Source: the human T2T-CHM13v2.0 reference genome, Homo sapiens. Taken from it: a stretch of DNA of 64,000 bases. Below are positions 58,170-64,000 of the stretch, one piece after another (position 1 is the first letter of the stretch; each line of letters opens with the position of its first letter). The position numbers and the translations under genes were made by a program. The notes under the pieces are model-generated. The model saw nothing but the letters and a program-made list of their open reading frames with translations, was not told the origin of the DNA and did no database searches. The stretch lies in assembly GCF_009914755.1 (NCBI RefSeq), contig NC_060936.1; one strand, given 5' to 3'.

Positions 58170-59420
58170 TTTTTCTCTTTGATATTCTTCAGTTTTCGTG
58201 AGATGCGTACGTATCAATGACTCTGTTTTCACTCATCAGGCATTTTGAACATCTTCAATCTGAAAACTAATAATGTTACTATTAGAAAATTATCAACTAT
58301 TATCTTCCCTTGTCTATGATCTTTCCAACCTTTTTTCTTGCTAATTCTGGAATTCCTATTACTATATGTTAGACCTTCATTTACTCTCTTTCATGTCTGT
58401 ATTTTCATCTCTTTATCTCACTATATACATCACTAAATTGATTTTTCTATATACTATCCCTCTTTAGTTGAATTTACTGTTCTGTATAATCTGTCCTTTG
58501 TATTCATAATTTTATTAATTATATTTTTCTTAGAGAATTGATTTGTCTCTGTTTCACATTTAGTCTTTTACAATTCCCATACCTCCCTCAATATGGATTT
58601 TATCCTTCTTGTATCTCTTTAAACATTAAGCAATTAACATTGTTAAACAATGTTAACAAACGTTAAATTTCCCATTGTTAAACAATGTTAAACATTGACA
58701 TTCCATAGTCATGTTTGTATTGTTCTTTTATTGCTAGCTATTCATATATTATTGTTCACATTTGTTGACTAGGGTAATTAATTTTCATGTGGAGTTTAAA
58801 TTTTTTTATGTCTCATCTTCAGTGAGGGCAGATTTATTTGTGGGAGTCTTACTGTGGGCCAATGTTAAATTATTAACTTTTGGTTTCCTACCACATGGGT
58901 GGTAAACATTCAAACCTCACAGCCTGTGATTTGGGATTAGAGTTTCCATTTCTTCAAGGTTATGTTTTTTTCCTTTTATGGTTCTGAGCAATTGACATGA
59001 TTCCTGATGTTCCCCGGACCTGTGGATTTTCTAGTCCAATTTTCATAGACATTATAGCCAACAGTGACATCTATTTTCTTTTCTTTGAAGAGGGTTCCAT
59101 TCCAGCTGTGCCAAAAGCACAGCTTTTGTTCCAATATGAGTAACAATATCCTGATCTCTCAACTTTATCTCAGCTCTCATACCTCCAAGCGACTTCAGTA
59201 ACAGCTAAAAGTTCTGTTTTATGTTTCACTGTCATTTGCAGCAATGAACAAATATCTCCTCCCTTTTGTTGTCTTTTGGTGAGTTTGGCTGTACATTTTT
59301 CTAACGTGTTGTTCCCAAGAATTCAGTCATTTTTCTCTAGAAGTGCAGTGTTTTCAGGAGGAGTTTTTGTGGCAGTACAGAGAAGAATCACGTTTACTGA
59401 GTTTGCCATATTTAACCTCC
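58170..59420 (-). mobile_element. Ancient L1M 5'/ORF1 fragment
   Basis: tcttcaatctgaaaact...ttctggaattcctattac...tatgttagacc; diverged. Confidence 0.45.
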
Positions 59421-59683
59421 TTTTCACATTAGGATAGAGATATTCCTATGTCATTGATTTTTCATTGCTTCATTTTTATTGACTGAAGACTAACTATATT
59501 TGTATGTCCTAAATGCCTTAAATTAACCAACTAAATCTCTATTTTGGGACCTTTTGGTCGTTTCCATTTTTCCTCTCTCATAGACCTTTTCTCATAATGA
59601 ATATTGCATTATTTAGTTACTTTTTTAAAGTATCCAGTAGAAAACAGTCAAGAGATATGCACACACACATACAATATTAAAAT

Positions 59684-59732
59684 ATTAAAAGCAATGGTAA
59701 AAATTGTAATTACTTTTGTACCAACACAATAA
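59684..59732. mobile_element. Half MADE1
   Basis: attaaaagcaatggtaaaaattgtaattacttttgtaccaacacaata. Confidence 0.6.
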
Positions 59733-59860
59733 TAACAAAGCCAAATAGAGCAGAAGGTTCTAGATAGTAACAATAGTCAAGGAAAGAGTTAATAAATGGG
59801 AAAGTACCAAAATTTCCATTCCCTATAGCAATGCTTTAGCTATCAAAAAGCTCTATTTGG

Positions 59861-60169
<309 letters not shown>

Positions 60170-60808
60170 TTAGTTTGTTTGTTGGAAATAGGGTTCTTTT
60201 TGTGTTTTTTGAAGCAATGAATGGTCCATAAAATGAAAGAATGTTGTAGTAAACGAGAACGAAATTCCTTTGATGGCACTGTATTGCAGAATGAGACTGA
60301 TCATGCTGTAAGAAAAACATTAATGTCATTGGAGCAGATATCACTTTCTCTATTTCATGCTGACTGCTTTCTATTTTGAGATGTCTACTGGATGGTAACA
60401 TATAGAATCCTGAGGAGCATCACTTTATCAGTCTTTGAAAAGAATTAGTAATTGTGATTAGTGCACTTCAGCTGAAACTACTGTGAACTTATTGGAACTA
60501 ATCTTCCAAAGTGTTTCCGATACTATGAACGCTAAAGTTGCTCATCAAAGCTAAAGCAATCTAGCACTCCTTAAAGCTGCCAGAGTCCTCTTCCATCTCA
60601 GAAGGATTCTATTTCCAATTTAGGTCCATTAAATTGAGTGGACACAGAGATATAGCTAAAATATTCCAGAAAAAGCAAAATAAACTCTTAAAAAGTAAAA
60701 TAAAACACACAACATCAAACAAATTGTATGGAAAAAAGCAACACACAAAACCTGAAGATACCATACATACAATTGCTAAAAGAGACAAGGGAGGTTAAAT
60801 TTGATTTC

Positions 60809-61221
60809 TGGCATGGTTTGAATATTTGTCCCCTCCAAATCTCATGTTAAAATGTTATTCTCAATGTTGGAGGTGGGGCCTCGTGGGAGATGATTGAATC
60901 ATAAAAGTGGAGTCCTCATGAATAGCTTAGCAACATCCCCTTCGTGATAAGTAAGTTCTCACTCAGTTAACACGTGATCTGGTCGTTTAAAAGAGTTTGA
61001 GATCTCCCCACTGTCTCCCTTGCTCCTACTCTCACCGTATGACATGCTGGCTCCCCCTTGCCATCCGCCATGATTCTAAGCTTCCCAAGGCCCCCACCAG
61101 AAGCAGACACCAGCACCATACTTCCTATAAAGCCTGCAGAACTGCGAGCCAATTAAACCTCTTTTCTTTATAAACCACCCAGATTCAGGTATTTATAGTG
61201 ATGCAAAAATGGACCAATACA
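60809..61221 (+). mobile_element. MSTB MaLR solo LTR
   Basis: atggtttgaatatttgtcccctccaaatctcatg...accagaagcaga...gccaattaaacctctttt...aataca; TSD atttc/attcc. Confidence 0.92.
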
Positions 61222-61936
61222 ATTCCTAAATCTAATTTTCCTGGAAGAGGTCAATGACATTCATTGGAAACCAATTCCATCATTGTTACAATCAAGGTTT
61301 TCTTCATAAACAGACAATAGAACTAAGGACTTAATAGCATTTTCTTTCTGCTCACTGTGGTCTATGGAGAGCAGATCTTCTAATACATTTTAGGTAGAAG
61401 ATAGTGTACCTATTTTCCATTCGAAAGTCTTATTTTTACTCACATAGATAAGAGAAAGCTAAATTGCCTTCAACTCTCAATTGGTTACCTGATTGAATTG
61501 GCTTTCACTCCCATAAAATATTCTTCCTGCTCACTTCCAAGTTCACTTAAGTCCCTATAGTGTTACATGAAATACAGCACTGCTTAATCCATGGTACAAA
61601 TACAATAAAATCAAACAGAACTGACTGTTATAATTTTTGATTAGACAATAAAGCTCAGATATGCTAAGTGACTTGCTTAAGTGACAGCCAAGACTGTCAG
61701 GCTGTTCTCCCAGGTTATTCAGGAAAGTTCCCATGCAGGATATAAATTCTGACCCATGTTTGACCTACAATAAGATATAATTTTAAAGGGAGAGCAGATC
61801 ATTGTAAAAAGAAGAAATAAAATTTCACATCCTTCAAAATTCAGAATTGTTTTAAAGCATGATAAGCAGTGAAAATAAGTACGTTTGCCTGAACAGAAAA
61901 AATAGCAAGAGAGATACCAAAAATCTTCTCACCTGT

Positions 61937-62310
61937 TGATATGGTCTGGCTTTTTGTCCCTCCCCCAAATCTCACCTTGAATTGTAACCCCCATAATTCT
62001 CACTTGTCAAGGGCAGGACCAGGTGGAGGTAATCGGATCATGAGGGTGGCTTCCTCTATGCTATTCTCATGATAATGAGTGATTCTCACGAGATCTGATG
62101 CTTTTATAAGCATCTGGTATTTCCCCTGCTTGCACTCACTCCACTCTGCCACCTTGTGAAGAAGGTGCCTGCTTCTCCTTTGCCTTCAGCCATGATTGTA
62201 AGTTTCCTGAGGCCTCCCAGCCATGTGTGTGAGTCAATTAAACCTCTTTCCTTTAAAAATTACCCAGTCTTGGGTATTTCTTCATAGAAGTGTGAGAACA
62301 GACTAATACA
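61937..62310 (+). mobile_element. THE1C/D MaLR solo LTR
   Basis: tgatatgg...gtcaagggcaggaccaggtggagg...gactaataca; TSD cctgt/cctgc. Confidence 0.92.
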
Positions 62311-62727
62311 CCTGCAAAATGTGTGTATGTGTGTGTTGCAGAGAGTATTTTTGTATATTCCTAAGTATAAAATATATAAAATGTATTGGATATTAAACAT
62401 TAGAGCTCATCCATTCAAATATTTGGAGGAAGTATCGCGGAAATTTTTAAGTATTTTTGGAACTATGTTGGAGATGTATTAAGTTCTCATTGCTGCTACA
62501 ATAAATTACCACCAACTAGTGGCTTAAAATACTACAAATTTATCATTATACATTTCTGGAGGGCAGAAATCAAAGATGGGTGTTACTTACAGGGCTAAAA
62601 TCATAAGAGTCAGCCGAGCTGTGTTTCTTTCGGAGGCTCTAGGGAAGAATTAATTTTCTTTCCTCTAACAGCTTCTAGAGGCCATCTTGGTTCTTATTCC
62701 CTTTTCCATCATCAAAACCAGCAACAA

Positions 62728-63353
<626 letters not shown>

Positions 63354-64000
63354 GTAGCATAAAATCTTCAATCTGTCTTTCTCTCTGACTTTGTCTTTCT
63401 CTGACTTTGCTTCTATTGTCACATCTCTTTCTCTCTCTGACTTTCATAGCTCCCCCTCATAAAAACCCTGTCATTACATTGGGCCCACCTGCATAATACA
63501 GGATAATCTCCCATCTCAAGGTCCCTTAAATTAATCACACCTGAAAAGTCCTAGGCCCACTTAAATAAGGTGGTATATTCACAGGTACTTGGTGTTAGGA
63601 CACAGGTGTTTTGGGGGAGCCATTTTTCTGTCTACCACAAAAGAATATGAGAATAGAAAGGAAAAAAGGAGAGGGAAAAACATGCAGCCACTCATCCTTT
63701 ATTAACATTATTAGATTTCTACGGGCTGTCATTGCAAAGACCTCCTTCTATCACAATCAAATAAGTTTCTTATGAGCCCGTCTGGTAGCTTCTTATTCTT
63801 TCCCTGGAATGAAATTCTTTGTTCAGAGCCCTCCATGGGCTTTGGATCTGCTCCTGGAAGTTTCTTCGGATGCCGTTCTTGGGAACTGCATACTTTGGGG
63901 ACTCAGTTAATGATAGATGTTTAAGGACTAAAGATTGTTTTAGGAATAAAACAGGCTATTTCAGGCATTTCTTTAGCCAAACAATTTTATCACAAATATA

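Overview
This is AT-rich, CpG-poor primate (probably human) genomic DNA made mostly of nested transposable-element relics: L1 of many ages, Alu, MIR, L2, L3/CR1, ERVL/MaLR LTRs and DNA transposons. The larger elements are a two-LTR HERV16 provirus remnant (~11.4-16.9 kb) and a full-length L1MA-type element (~18.7-27.7 kb) nested inside an older L1ME. I recognise no intact protein-coding gene, RNA gene or CRISPR array, and the supplied ORFs are TE-derived or chance. I found no previously undescribed multi-gene system. The most unusual features are traces of insertion mechanisms: (1) an ectopic ~470-bp alpha-satellite fragment with a terminal inversion inside an MLT1 LTR; (2) a twin-primed young L1 whose inversion junction carries an 18-bp patch identical to host DNA ~1 kb away; (3) a ~490-bp polyadenylated, TSD-flanked non-TE insert (orphan retrocopy or transduction); (4) a ~120-bp locally templated duplication inside an old L1. 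There are also candidate spliced 3'-terminal exons on + (5.5-6.8 kb) and on - (45.5-45.7 kb). Subfamily names come from recalled consensus features, not a database search, and the boundaries of old elements are approximate.
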